A DNA stretch of 57,463 bases, the filler included, from Jimgerdemannia flammicorona (Eukaryota), in NCBI GenBank assembly GCA_003990765.1. It is 3 parts of 3 records of this genome, joined end to end, with 100 filler letters (N's around TTAATTAATTAA, not from the genome) between each part and the next. Parts side by side here need not be neighbours in the genome. Positions count along the whole stretch, not along the records: positions 19,195 to 38,284 come from RBNJ01002033.1; 2 more parts are not named here. One strand, written 5' to 3'. Positions 23,201 through 36,646 of this stretch are shown here, piece after piece (the stretch's first letter is position 1; the number at the start of each line of letters is the position of its first letter). The position numbers and the translations under genes are program-made. The notes beneath the pieces are model-generated. The model did no database searches. It was not told the DNA's origin and saw only the letters and a list, made by a program, of their open reading frames with translations.

Positions 23201-26049
23201 GAGAGGGCGCTGCAGGAGGAGACGGTACAAATTTTGCAGCAGGTTGTGGACGAGACGGACAAGGTTGTCGAGACCAAGATTACTTTGGATGAGGATACGC
23301 AGTCGGAGGATAGTGGAACCAGGAAGCGCCGCCTTGAGAAGGAGGATGAAAAATTGAAGAAGCAGCAGAAGATGCCGATTAAGCGCGTGCTAATGATGAT
23401 GATGCCAGATTGGCCTATTATGATTCTCGGTACCATCGGTGCTGCGATTGCTGGTGCTGTGAGTATTTTCAGGTCCCCATCTCTTTTGTGACTCGCACAC
23501 CATTGTATTCCACAGCATATCTAATCTATATGTCAAACCTCTGCTTCTTTTCTCAGATTTTCCCCATGTTTGCCCTGATTTTATCCCGCATCCTGGGCAT
23601 CCTCTACAGTCCTTCCGAACTTGATCCCGGACCGTTCCAAGGTGCCAATTTTTGGGCGTTTGCGTTTGGTAAGCATATATTACATTCGTTTGATCTTACC
23701 AGGACTATTTTGTGCGATCCCGAACTGCAAAGCATGGTCAGTTGCCGTTCACTAAATGTCTCGAAACACATTATTCTCACTCAGTTCTCATTGGCGTCGT
23801 CGGCTTCTTCTCCATCGGCGCGCAGTCCTTCGGCTTCGAAGTGGCGGGTGAACGCCTCACCAAACGCATTCGTTCTGCTTGTTTCGAGGTGCTGCTCCGC
23901 CAGGAAATTGGCTTCTATGATGAGGAGGAACACAGTATGGGCGCATTGACGACGCGCTTGGCAACGGACGCCTCAAAGGTCCACGAGGTGGTCACCAAGG
24001 TCTTCGGTGATTTGATTCAGGTCATCGTTACCGGTATCGTCGGTTTGGTTATGGCGTTGGTCGGCAGCTGGCAATTGACTTTGGTAAGTGTATTCGGCAT
24101 GTGAATTAGTTTATGGCTCCATGTCATATATTCTGATTCCGATCTAATTCGATTATTGGGTTGATTTTTGGAGGTTGTTCTGGCATGCGCGCCGTTCATT
24201 ATGGTAGCTTCGGCCTTCGAAAATAGGATGCACCATGGCTTCAACGACAAGGCGAAGAAGGCCTATGAAGAATCCGGTCGGATTGCTGGCGAGGCCATCA
24301 AAGAAATCCGCACTGTCGCCTCGCTGAATAAGGAACAGTACTTTGAAGAGAAGTTTGCCGAGAACATCGTTAGGCCCCACAAAATTGCCGTGCGCAAGGC
24401 CTGGTTGTCCTCTTTCGGTTACGGTCTTTCTCAAGGCTTTACGCTCTACGCCAACGCCGTTGCCTTCTATGCTGGTCTGCGCTTCGCCATCGTGGGCATC
24501 TTGAACATCACCGAGCTTTTCCAGGTCTTATTTGCCATTATGATGACCGCTTCGGGTCTGGGTCGAGCTTCCACATTTATGTCTAGCTGGAGCAAGGCCA
24601 AGGTTGCCGCTATCGGCGTTTTCGAATTGATTGATCGTCAAACAGCCATAGACCCAAATGCACCTGGTTCCGAGATCCTCACCATTGAGGGCAAGGTCTC
24701 TCTTTCGGATATCGCTTTCACCTACCCGGCTCGCCCTGACGCTCGTATCTTCACCGGCGGCCTCAACATTGAAGTGTTACCACGCAAGACCGTCGCTATT
24801 GTCGGCCCCTCCGGATGCGGCAAATCAACGGTCATTGGTATGTTGGAGCGTTGGTATGATGCAAATGCTGGTACCGTTTCGATCGAGAACTTGGATGTCA
24901 AGCGGTGGCAGCTCAATTTCATGCGCAAGCATTTGGCGTTGGTTGGGCAGGAGCCGGTAAGCTATACACAAATATGTCATCTTTATACGAATCTAGTTTG
25001 CGCTTCCTCAACTCACCCCTCGCTCCCTCACACTTTCTCTTTTATTTGTCTTTTAAAATTACCATCCCTGCCCCTTAGGTTTTGTTTGACTTGACTATCA
25101 AGGAGAATATCCTTTACGGGACCGACCGAGAGGACGTGACGGAAGAAGAATTGAAAGAGGTTGCCAAGTCGGCAAATATTTACAACTTTGTAAAAGATCT
25201 ACCGGTAGGCAAAGTTACTTCAATCGACTTCGCTTTGCTGATTCCCAAATTCCTTTTACTAACGAGCTTACTTTAACATATTGCATGTGTTATAGGATGC
25301 TTTCGATACACGCGTTGGTGACAAGGTATATATATATTTTTTATTCGCCTTACGTAGCGGATACATGAATGTATTCATTTTAATGAAATGTATTTACTCA
25401 CACGTCAACTTATTTGCTTCGTTGATACTATCCAGGGCTCGCAATTGTCTGGCGGTCAGAAGCAGCGTATCGCCATTGCGCGTGCCTTGATTAGGCGACC
25501 CAAGATCTTGTTGTTAGATGAAGCGACGTCTGCCTTGGATTCCGAATCCGAGAAGCTTGTGCAAGAGGCTTTGGATAAGGCTATTGAAGGCAACCTTTCG
25601 TTCTAAACGGTTTCTTGCTGATTCATGTCGTTCTCTTGTGTCCGTGTGTTTACGACCATGGTGGATATATGTCTCATGCTTATTATCGTAATTATAGGCC
25701 GCACCACCATTACTATCGCTCATCGGTTATCGACCATCCAAAATGCCGATTTGATTGGTAAGTTGTGCATACGATGCCCTACACAATCTTGACGACTTGG
25801 CATAGACTGAATGTGAATCTAATTACATGTTCAATCTATAGTCGTCGTGAAAGATGGAGCGGTTGCTGAACAAGGGTAAGCATTGTTGAAATCCTCCCCA
25901 ATTTTGTATAGTTTCTCCTCATTCGACGACCCGTTCTAAACCATTATTTGTGTCTTTCCTTGATTTCCAGCACTCACTTCGAGCTAATTGAATTGGGCGG
26001 CATTTACAAGGATCTCGTTACTCAACAAGACCTGAATGCCCCCATGTAA
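20233..26049 (+). CDS. Full-length ABCB (MDR/P-glycoprotein-type) ABC transporter, about 20 introns
   Basis: TMD-NBD-TMD-NBD layout. Walker A motifs G|PSGSGKST and GPSGCGKST, two [15 protein letters not shown] signatures, [11 protein letters not shown] and IAHRLSTI. Exons joined in frame wherever checked. Starts MDDEKK; TAA at 26047-26049. Confidence 0.95.
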
Positions 26050-29000
26050 TTTGGAAAATAGCATATTAATCATATACATCTATAAATCTTGTAAGCTATG
26101 CACTTACTGTCATTCAGTTATAGAATTCATTCTAGTTGCGTCAAATGAGCTATGCACAATAAATAATAATAAATAAATAAAGCTTCCTTTTGGTGCTCGC
26201 TTTTTTCGTCTGCTGTGGTATTTGGAACAACGGCGCGGATTCCCCGAACATTCGTGGTTGCTTGGATGCTGTATAATGAGTGGGTTTGTGCGCGTTGTAA
26301 TACCATCACAAAATCCTGGTACCGTCGATCAAACATCTGGAGAATACCCCGCTTTCTTGTCGTCACTTGCCTGCATCAGCAAATGCTCACTTGTTTCACC
26401 CTTTGCCGCCTAAATGCCTCGTGGGGTTATTCTGCCATCACACGGGGAGATTAATGCATTCGACTCACCTAAAGAGAATGTAATACTATGAGTCGACAAC
26501 AAAGTGAATGAGCACTACATATAACAAAGTTTCCTTTCGCATGAAGTTCGAATTGTACGTCGTAACATTAAAGTAAATGGGTTTGGCTGTATGGAGGCGT
26601 GCGCGCTCGTACGCGAACGGGCCATTTATTTCACCTCGAGGCCACAAGGGATGGGCGGGTGGGAGGGATGCGCAGTTGCGAAGTTGCCAATTGCTAAATT
26701 TCTAGATGGACGTTGTATGCCAAGTTGCTGGGTGACCGAACGGAGTTTGGTAACGAAACGGCACTAGTTGACTCTGGTGATCGAAAGTGAGTTGCATAAT
26801 TGTTCTGCATAAATATTGAGTGGCTTCGGCCACTTTGCCGAAGTTTGAACGTTAATTATGCCTCGTGCTGCCGCCTCGCTAATTGGTAGCTATTATATGA
26901 GATCGAGGCGGCTTAGGAGTATTATAACACTAATAACGATAATTGCGAATCTAATTTCGTCATTGCAAAGAAATAGCTTATCTTTTGTGAATGTGAAAGA
27001 CAATTGCATTCATAATGCTACATATCGATAATTTAAACCAATATAGTGTGGCAAGGCCAGGGCAGCCAATAATGGAGATTTGTTTGCTTTCCACTGGCAA
27101 AGATTCAAGCTCAATGTGGGCGGCAAGGCGCGTGGAAAAGGTCTCCCTCCTCAAGATTGCCTACGATCCGCTTTAACGATAAAGATATGCAATACACAAT
27201 GGCAACGCTTCGGGCACGCTGCCCCATATCGCCGAAACAACTTTTGATATTCACGTTACTGTCTGGCCGCATAGGCGTGGGAACACGGGAACAATTTATT
27301 TCCCTGCTGAAGATTTAGAAAAAAAAAAAAAAAAAAAAAAGCCTGACTCGATTCCAATTGGAAATGTACACACTGCCTGACTCACATGGGGCTTGAAAAT
27401 CTCGACGTATATCGCAACCATCTATTTATCATCATCATTGCTTCTTTGGCACCCACCAATATTGCGCACAACTTGCTTAACCATCTCCTTCCCCTTTCTC
27501 AATATCGTTTTCTTAGCAACCGGTGGTTCAATGGGGGGACTTCAGCTGTTGGTTGGTGTAAGCAAAAAGAGATAATAGACAATTTGTGAGAACCTCAACC
27601 CCAACAGAGACATGAGAGTCTCCCCTAACAGAGGCATGATTTGCATAGCGTGCATATATCCAAGCTATTAAGCGGCGGTTTGAGGCGATGAATTGGCTGA
27701 GGGAACGGATCTCTGACAATCTTGACAAAGTAATCGTATGAATGAAAATATTTCCGAAAAAATGTTAATGCAAGAATATATATTAGAAACATTACATGCA
27801 TGTATAACATACTCATATAAACATATACATACTTTCATGCGAAAATTCGAGCAGAATGAATTCATCATAAAGCTTGTATATATACCATCAACGTGACCCC
27901 GTTATCGCGCTCGTAGGATTGCAACTCCTCCTTTGGAAAAGCGGAACGTCAGATATGAATGAAAGTTAGTAAGATCTCCTAGAAGCGTCAAGGAAACCAA
28001 GAAAAAGTGTCGATGCATTTCCGGTTGGATTTCCTATATCTCTTACGTGCTTATTTCCTTCGCTTTGCACCCGCCACCCGAAAGTGCGACTGCACGCAAA
28101 CACCAATATTTACCTCTGTCGGCTCCAGCCTTTTGTCCGTCCAACTAGGTCTCACCACCCATCGCGATGGTGTACTAGAGGGAGTTGATCTGGCCCACGA
28201 AAGAGCCCATCAAACCGTTTACACCCGGCCTCGAAGTCGACGCCCAACGACGCGAGGAGGGCTGTAGCTGGAGTCTCAGGTGGGTTGACGGAAGTGGGTC
28301 CGGAAATGCGATGGTAGAGTCAACGAGCTCGGCAATCTTCCCTAACTCAACCGGGTTGCCGAAGTCGGACATGTTTTGGTAAAGAAGTAAAGAACGCGTT
28401 ATAATCCAAAGTAATAGTCTATTGACTATGGATCAGCAGATACATTATTGAATTTCATAGTTTCAGTATGACTAAAGAAACAGGACGTCACACAGGAGAA
28501 AGTAACTTTTTAAAGGTAGTCATATCAGCTCAGTGACTAACGAAGACTGACCAACACGACCACTATGTATTCAGCCCATTCCGACCACTCTACCCTGCCG
28601 CTATTCTGACCACCCTGCCGAGCCACCATTCCTCTTGGACTCCACCGACCCCTCCCACAACTTTGACTCCGACCACACCACAACGACCTCCCTCCCCCAT
28701 CCCACACACCCCCTCGCCCCGCCGATGCAGCCACGGGTGGACCCATGTTCGAAAGTAGATCGCCTTTTCGAAGACAGACACGGACACGGGGCACAGACAC
28801 GGACACTCATTCAAAAAATCACACTCAAAAATTCGTCCCGCCATAACTATTTATAATTAAATGGTTTTATAATTTTAATGTGTCATCACACGACTCGGAA
28901 GGAGCCCTTTTTCTTGGATCAAGCTGAGTGGCATCAAATAGACCGCGGAGTAAATTTGCATATGGTATCATTTTTGTGATATCCGCGTCCCACCACATCA

Positions 29001-29704
29001 ATTTGATTGGAATATAGGCTATCTTACTCCGACCATTTGAATCGCCTGGCGCTGGTTGAGGCTCGTACTTAGAGTCTCCCTTCTGCAAAACACCTCATTC
29101 TGCACTTGGATTGTGCCTAAATGGGTGAGATCAGCAGCCGCCATTAAACAACCTAAAAAATCCTTTCTTGTCGATTTACATCTCTTTCCACAAAATAATC
29201 AGCAGTGGAATATGGTTGGAAGCTCGCATAGAAATCTGACTTTTTTTCGGGTTTTCACGCGGCCGATCGACACTGGCGTTGTTTTGGATTTGGTGTCGTC
29301 ACCAACCCAATCCACCAGAAATTGGTCGTTAACTATGATTGTGCTACAATGCTAACGATAGCAAGTACTACGGTGGTACAAGTTAGTCAAGTTAGTCAAG
29401 TCCACCGAACCGACCATTGAATAATATTTCTTATGAGTAGTTGTATCGTGGCCGAAAACATATCACCATCGCTTGTGATCATAGAATCATAGTAAAATTA
29501 CAACTGATGCCATTATATGACCACGGAATATGTGTGCTAATTGTCCAACGTCCATCAAATATCCGAATATCCGATCAACCCTGAACGTGCAACAAGTTTT
29601 GAGGTAACAAACAAGACGTCCAAAAGCGGATTTGTTCGTCACCTGAAAAATTGCGGCACTCCAATTCTTCAGAACAATCGGTATACACCTCTACCTCCCT
29701 CACC

Positions 29705-30373
29705 ATGTCCTCCGAAGAAGTTCCAACCCCCGAGCTTGACGAAATTAAGTCCTGGGATGAACACAGAGTCTTTGAGCACTTTAGTCATCCCTCTCTCCGA
29801 TTGAAACCCGACCATGTAGCCATCTTGCGTGATCAGGAAATATACGGAGCTGCCCTCATCCTACTCACCGAAAATGACCTATTGGGACCTCCATATAACT
29901 CACGAGGTGGACCTGTGAAGATTATTATGAAGGAGATTGCCCGATTGAAAGGTAACCATCGTCAGATATATTATTTTAAATCCTTATTGTGGATGGTTTT
30001 CAAGGGGTTGCCGTCCAGTAAATGGCCATGCCAACGGTCATCATTTCTTCAATGCATTTGCCGATTGAAACGAAACATCCTTTTTTGGATTTAACTTGGA
30101 AACAGTAAACAGGCATCTACAGAAGGTGCGAGATTTTTACAATTATCGTCTTGGCGCAACATGCAACTGTTGTCTGGGATCATATTATAACTTGTGTTTT
30201 TAATTGTTTGACAGCTATTGTCGAAAGCCCTTGGGAAGCTAGAATTAAGAACGTCGAAGTCGAAATTGAACTGGTGACAAAGAAGATCAAATTGACGTCT
30301 GATGAGAAAGAGAAAAATCGGCTTTGCAGAACAAACAGAACTCGTGAAAAGGAGCGTATACTCCTCGAGCGAG
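29705..30373 (+). CDS. Small SAM-domain + coiled-coil protein (possibly a truncated Crinkler-like N-terminal module); 3' end uncertain
   Basis: Exon 29705-29951 encodes IKSWDEHRV...LRDQEIYGAALILLTENDLLGPPYN..GGPVKIIMKEIARLK, a SAM pattern. A phase-compatible exon at ~30214-30373 encodes a charged helix (EARIKNVEVEIELVTKKIK...). Confidence 0.6.
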
Positions 30374-30728
30374 GTAGGTGGACTTGCGGTTTTATTGTGC
30401 TGTCATTCAAAGTGATGGGATTTCGGAAAATTCACAAAAATGAGCTGATTATTCTTTCTCATCCTAGCAAGTAACAAGTGTTGATCACGAGTGCTCTGCG
30501 GTGATTTGTTTGAGTTGTGTGAAAAATTTCTGCTCCATCCGTCCGCGAATTCGAAAATGTTACTGCTGTTTGCATATTTCAGCTCTTGCTGATGGGTGAC
30601 ACGTCTTGCCTCAATGAACGACTGCATCTCGATTGAAAATGGCATAGGTGTAATTGTAAATCGGCCTAAAGTTTGATCTTCTACAAGACGAAAGGAATGT
30701 CAACTAAACCAGCTGCACATTCTAACAA

Positions 30729-31931
30729 TTAATGGTGGACTTCACGAGCACTAGGTCGCTGGTTGGGGTTGATATGCCAGCAGTTCGGGATGATGTCATT
30801 GAACGTTGTTGGCATACCAGGGATTAATTCCTCTCGAAGGCCATCGGGATTGCTGGAAACTGCCGCCAATGCGTCGACTTGTGGTGGAATGCCGACGATC
30901 AACTGCCACAATAGGGTTCCCAAGCAGTAGACATCTGATTTCTGTGTATATCGTTCTCCCTCTAATATTTCTGGAGGGAAGTATACCATTCGGATAGACA
31001 CCCCTCTCGAAATTCGCATCTTCTACAGCTTGACTAAGGCCGAAATCAATCAGGAGTGCAGTATGAGACTTATGGAATACTACATTTCCTGCATGGAGAT
31101 CCTTATGGCTGAATCCCATATCATGGAGGCTGGCTATACGGCTGGCTATACGGCTGGCAAGCCTTATGGCATATGTGAAAGCTGTATACCAATCATGGCT
31201 GATTCTCAAGAGTACCGATATCAGCAAATTGCATAATCATCAGATGCTCTTCGGTTTCAGGGTGTTGTGATACAGCAACAATTTCCATTATAGGGATATT
31301 GTTGGTGTCATTTCCGCAACAATTCAAATAGACATTCAGCACTAACTGTATTTATAGGATAAAAATATAGCAAGGTCATTGATAATTGATATTGTGTGGA
31401 AAATATTGAAAATATCAAACTCACCTCTTCAACCATGGACAATTCAATTCTTTGGCAGCCGGTACCACGCTGACTTCACTTTAACAAATGCCTGGTAAAC
31501 TTTGGCAAATCCGCCTTCGGCAAGTTGTTTCAAATTGTTGAGGTCTCTGGGCGGAATCCAGACAAGGTATGACTCCAGTTGCAGAACGGCGGCAGGCACG
31601 ACGTATTTGGAATATCGGTTCTTCCAGGCCAAGATTTCAGTTTGGTGGTCTCTGTGCAGGAGTTTGAAGGGCTTGAGTCGAGCTAGTAGGCCCTGTAGAC
31701 GGTTGGGTCGGACATGGTTTTTGTAATGGTTCTTAAGCAGAGGGGTTGTCAGCCAATTTCAGGTGATCTTTGTGCGTGTGAGGTTCCGCAGAAATTGATC
31801 GATAATAAAGGGGAGGTTTGCAGCCTGAAATTGTTGAATCTATGTAGGGTAGAACCACCAGGTAAGCCTGAAAAGCGACCTCGTGATAACAGATTTCTTA
31901 GATAATCTTGGTCCTTGCGAATGCACACCAA
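30729..31931 (-). pseudogene. Protein kinase (tyrosine-kinase-like type) pseudogene
   Basis: WIPPRDLNNLKQLAEGGFAKVY, HKDLHAGNV, LIDFGLS, PPEIL, KSDVYCLG and CWHINPNQRPSA are spread over different frames with stops and frameshifts. The 5' boundary is approximate. Confidence 0.85.
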
Positions 31932-33275
31932 TTTAATTGTTTCAAAGGCTGGCTTTATTGCAACTGTACAAATCCGCTATTTATACATGAATTTCCGACT
32001 AACGCTAAAGATATGTAAGCGTACCCCCTTGTAGAAGCTTCCAGACATTTCTTCCCTAGAGTACCAAAAGACTTCAAGTTATCGTTTCACAAGACTGCGA
32101 TTTTGTTTCGGGGCTGCAGTACGGCTCGCAGCCTAGATTTGCATGCAAATATGCAGAATGTGAATAAGGTGCGCTATCAAATATATGTATCTCGTTCAAA
32201 AGCTAAAATATTGAAATGGGCGTAATGTATAGGCAAGAAATCCAAGCATTGGATTTTTTTGCATACATATTTGCTTGCATTCCCATTACAGACATGCAGA
32301 GGCGATTCTCGAATGCTGTCAGTAATCAGTCGATAGTCACGACCACTTGCCTATATATTCCTGATATATTTCCAACTTGAACAGTAACCAGTATGCCAAC
32401 ATTCAAAATCATACTATCCCGCCAGGCATTTGCAATAAATGTAGAAATCAGACATTTAGTGGAACACTATCATGATAACCAACCAGCTGCATGGAATCAC
32501 CTAAGACATGAAGTTGGACGTCTACACATTCACTGGTTCCAGAAATAGTATGCATTCTCTCTTGTCTAAATCTCAGTTTTTTTTTCAAGTCTCTCTGCCG
32601 AGATCTTTCTGCCAATTCTCCTCTTGCATCCGCCGATATTTCTCCCGCTGTCAAGCTCTTTCCGCGACACCCAACCCCACTTCTGAGCTCATTTTTGTAT
32701 GCTATTTTAACCCGAATTCTTCCTCAATTCTACTTACAGATCTGACGAGTGATTTGAATTATTCTTCGAGAATTGCCACACCTACGTACACTAGCTGCTC
32801 CTCATGCAATCACTCGGCACTTCACCATTGAACATAATATCAATCGAGTTGATGACGAGACTGGATTGATATGGGAATGAGAATAATTACGTCTGCGATA
32901 TGTAATACAGTAGCAATATCAGTCTGACGTGCTCGAGGATGCGACCAAACGAAGCACGGCAAATATATATATATTGTATAGAAGAATTAATGGCGCAAGG
33001 ACTAGAAAAGATACATAGGCGATTACGGTAAAGGCAAGCCGAGCGGGCGCGCAGTAGCGACAGAAGCAGCAGTATAAAAACATTGACAACTCTGTCCGGC
33101 GATGCCACAACAATCAATGCCTTAGTAATTGTACAGGAACTAGACTATTTTATTTTCCGTTGGCTATCAACATGGCGCGCTCTTACATTGAAAGCACAAA
33201 AACATCTTTCAAAACTCATCTAAATTCAATTAAACAAACCCCTGAATCTCTCCTTACCAGCCGAGATGATGCTAC

Positions 33276-34328
33276 TGTAACGTGCCGGCTCAATGGAGGC
33301 AAATTACAAGGTTGGGGCTGCTATGTAGTTTGTCTTGAGCCCCCCAGTTACTTTGTCAAAAAGCAACTGTTCAATGGTTTCTTTCAGAAATAGGTGCAAG
33401 TTCTCTGTTTCGCGTAACGGACGATTTCGGCGATTTCCTTATTTGGCGGCATTATTGAGTTTTCTGCGTAACGCGGACGATTTTGTGGGCTTCGGTGGCG
33501 GCAATTTCTGTGTGATTTCCTTAAAAGTAGTGACGATCTGCTTCCAAGTATATATGCGATTTCTTGATGGTATTCCGTATTAGGCGGATTTGGCGGACTG
33601 TTCGGAGGATGCGGATTCTTCTTGAATTGGCAAATAACTCGGATGGCGCGGATTCTCCTGAATCGGCGGACTTCTCTAATGGCGGCGGGTTTCTCTTCTT
33701 GACTGACAAAGTTACGTCAAAGACTGCTTCGTTTGCGCGAGGTTACGTCGAGGGACTGGCTTCACTGCGAAGGTGTGTCTTATTCTAGACTGGCTTTGTG
33801 GCAAGATGGCCGACTTATTGAATGGCGGCTCTTCCTTAAGCGGCGGGGTTCTCTTCAAATGGCGGCGAAGTTCTTCACTCGAACTTGGCGGCAAATCTTG
33901 AATTCGGACTCCTGGTAGTGGCTTTAGAGTTCTCCTAAGTGTTGTAATCCTTTTCCTTTAGGATCAAGTGGCTCTTGGCAGACATATCCCTTGAAGTGTA
34001 GTAGGCAGACTTGTCTTTTGCTTTTGAACTTTTCGGACTGAGGTTTATTCACTCTTGTCTCTGGGGTATTTTATACAAGTTGGTTGCTATCTCAGTTGCT
34101 ATCTGGATAATTATAGAATGCACAGTATGGCTAAATATGGTGTGTGACCTCCTCTGTACCCTCAGGGTTCAGTACCTTCAGGGTACAGTACCTTCAAGGT
34201 TCAGTCATCTCAATCTGGGTATTCGTGCTATTTATGTGATTTCCGCAGCAGCTGGGTAACTATGTGGGTAACTATGGTGTACTAAGTATTCACGTCATCT
34301 GTTTATACTATGTTGTTCGCTCGTCACA
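33276..34328 (-). mobile_element. Solo LTR (1053 bp) with 4-bp TSD
   Basis: Ends are TGTAACG...CGTCACA (inverted repeat, 1 mismatch). CTAC flanks both sides (33272-33275, 34329-34332). Shares the TATA-region motif GGGGTATTT(T)ATACAAGTTGGT and a nearby minus-strand AATAAA with the LTR at 2759-3574. NLR coding sequence resumes across it. Confidence 0.8.
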
Positions 34329-35029
34329 CTACCCCAAACAAATACACTGAATTTTGTCATTGGCAAAATTCAAGGACCGAAATCCGGTGGCAGCGCAAAC
34401 TCTTGATGTTTTGACGTTTCTCCAACCAGACGCAATATCTGCATCTCTTTTCCAGCGACAACACGACGTCCTAGCTAGTGCTCCCAAACGAATTGAATCA
34501 ATTCGAATTGGGGTTGATTCGATTCGTTCCGAGCACTAGTCCTAGCGCTCTTTCTGGAACAAGCGACCAAACCTCTGGAGCCGGCTGACGATGTATTTTC
34601 CGCGATAGATGTGCTAGTTGAGTTTTCGTTTGTTCGGTGAACTCCCTAGAAGGTGTTGAAGATAATGACAATGACGATTCCGACGACATTTCCGAAACAA
34701 CTAGCGATCCACCGCTTGGCTCAAAACGTCGTTCGTGGGGCGATGGAGAGTGACGAACGTCTGCGGCAGTTAGAAAAATCGTTGCCGCATTGAGCAGGGA
34801 AGTCTTCTCCGATGAGTATCCTAATCCTCAAGCCCGAAGAGCAAACGAAATGTACCTTCCTCATATTCGACACGTTGTTGCACGCTTGAAAAGTCACGGT
34901 CAAATGGCTACAGAGTTCCAAAGTTGTCTCACGCATCTGCTCAACCAAACAGTGTTGTTTTTGATAAATAGTGGTATTTTTCATGACATTGAGGAATTAG
35001 CGAAAATGGCGGTGTCCATAGTTGAAGGA

Positions 35030-36646
35030 ATACATGCCCGCGAGAAGCCGAACACAGCGATATATCTGAACAGTCTTGCCATACTCTATAATAAATAGGG
35101 CAAGTACAACGAGGCAGAACTGCTGTACCAATGGGTGCTGGCAATCTGGGAGAAGGTGTTTGGACCAGAGCACCAAAATACTGATTATCTCTGAACAATC
35201 TGGCTGAGCTCTACATTTGCCAGTTGCTGCACCAACAGGTGCTGACAATCTGTGAGAAGGTGGGACCTGAGCATTCGGACACAGCATTATCTCTGAACAA
35301 TATGGCATGGCTTTACAAAAATCAGGACAAGTACAATGAGGCAGAACTGCTCTTCCAATGGCATTGGTGATTAATGAGAAGATGTTAGGACCAGAGCACC
35401 CAGACATGGCATCATCTCTGAGCAATCTGGCTGGGCTCCACCAAAGGCAAGGCATAGAGCCACTGTGCAAATGAGTGCTGGCAATCTACTAGAAGGTGTG
35501 GGGACCAGAACATCCGAACATGGCATTATCTCTACAGTCTGGCTGGGTTCTACATTATCTAGGGCAAATGCAACGAGACCAAGCTGCTGTTCCAACAGTC
35601 ATTGGCAATCAATGAGAAAGTGTTGGGACCAGAGCACTCAGAAATAGCATTATCTCTGAACAATCTGGCTGTATTCTACAATAATCAGGACAAGTATGAT
35701 GAGGTGGAGCTGCTATACCAATGGGCACTGGCAATCCATGAGAAGGTATTTGGACCAGAGCATCCAGGCACAGCATTACTTCTAATCAATCTGGCTGAAC
35801 TCTACAAAAATGGTGAGACAGAGCTGGTGTATCAATGGGGCTTACAATCCATGAGAAAGTATTTGGACCAGAGCACCCAAACACAGCATTATCTCTGAAC
35901 AATCTGGCTTGGATCTACAATAAGCAGGGCAGGCAGAACTGCTATATGAATAAGTACTGACAATCTTTGAGATAGTATTAGGATGAGATCACCCAAGCAC
36001 AGCATCATCTCTGAAAAATCTGGCTTTGACCTGCAATAATCTAGGCAGGAATAGTAGGGCAGAAAATCTGTATATATGAAATAAGGCTGACAGTCTGTGA
36101 AAATGTATGTAGACCAGGAATACAGCATTATCTCTCTACAATAGCCAGGGCTTTTATGGTGAGGCAGAGCTGTTGTACCAATGAGCATTGGCAATCTTCA
36201 AGAAGGTGTTGGGACCAGAGCACCCAAACATGGCATCAACTCTGAAGAACCTAGCTAGGGTCTACAATGAAGAGAGCAAGTATATATGATGAGACAGAGT
36301 CACTGTTCCTACAGATGCTGGCAATCAATGAGAAGGTATTGGGACCAGAACACTCAAACACAGCACTACTGCTAAATAATCCAGCTTTTTTTACCATAAG
36401 CAGGGCAAGTACAATGATGTGGGATTACTGTACAAACAGGTGCTGGCAATCTGCAAGAAGATGTTGGAACCAGAGCACCCATTCACAGTATCATCTCTGA
36501 ACAATCTGGCTTTGCTCTACCAAAGCCAGAGTAAGTATAATGAGATGGAATCACTGTATATATGGGCACTAGTAATTGGTGTGAAGGTGTTGGGATCAGA
36601 GGACCCAAACACAACATCAATTCTGAACAATCTGGCTGAGCTCTAA
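35030..36646 (+). repeat. Tandem array of about 14 degenerate ~126-nt TPR units
   Basis: Recurring GGACCAGAGCAC(C) / GPEHPxTAxSLNNLAxLY..QxKY.E.ELLYQxxLAIxEKVL units with indels and stops. Confidence 0.9.

Larger units (their letters stand above)
33070..36646 (+). pseudogene. NLR-like NB-ARC/TPR gene remnant, split by a solo LTR
   Basis: GLPL-type motif IVQELDY..PLAINMARSYI lies before the LTR. The winged-helix-like segment PVAAQTLDVLTFLQPDAI and YLPHIRHV lie after it, followed by degenerate TPRs. No P-loop was found upstream. Confidence 0.8.

Noticed and set aside
28007..28382. Coding-like short ORFs (e.g. MSDFGNPVELGKIAEL...)
   Set aside because: No recognisable domain and no consistent exon chain. 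Possibly a gene relic, but unsupported.
32100..32880. Possible MITE-like inverted repeats and a Cys/His (SWIM-like) transposase relic between the kinase and NLR
   Set aside because: Matches are short and degenerate; no termini or TSD could be defined.
35030..36646. Regularly spaced repeats as a CRISPR-like array
   Set aside because: The whole unit repeats and translates to TPR motifs; there are no unique spacers, and the context is eukaryotic.
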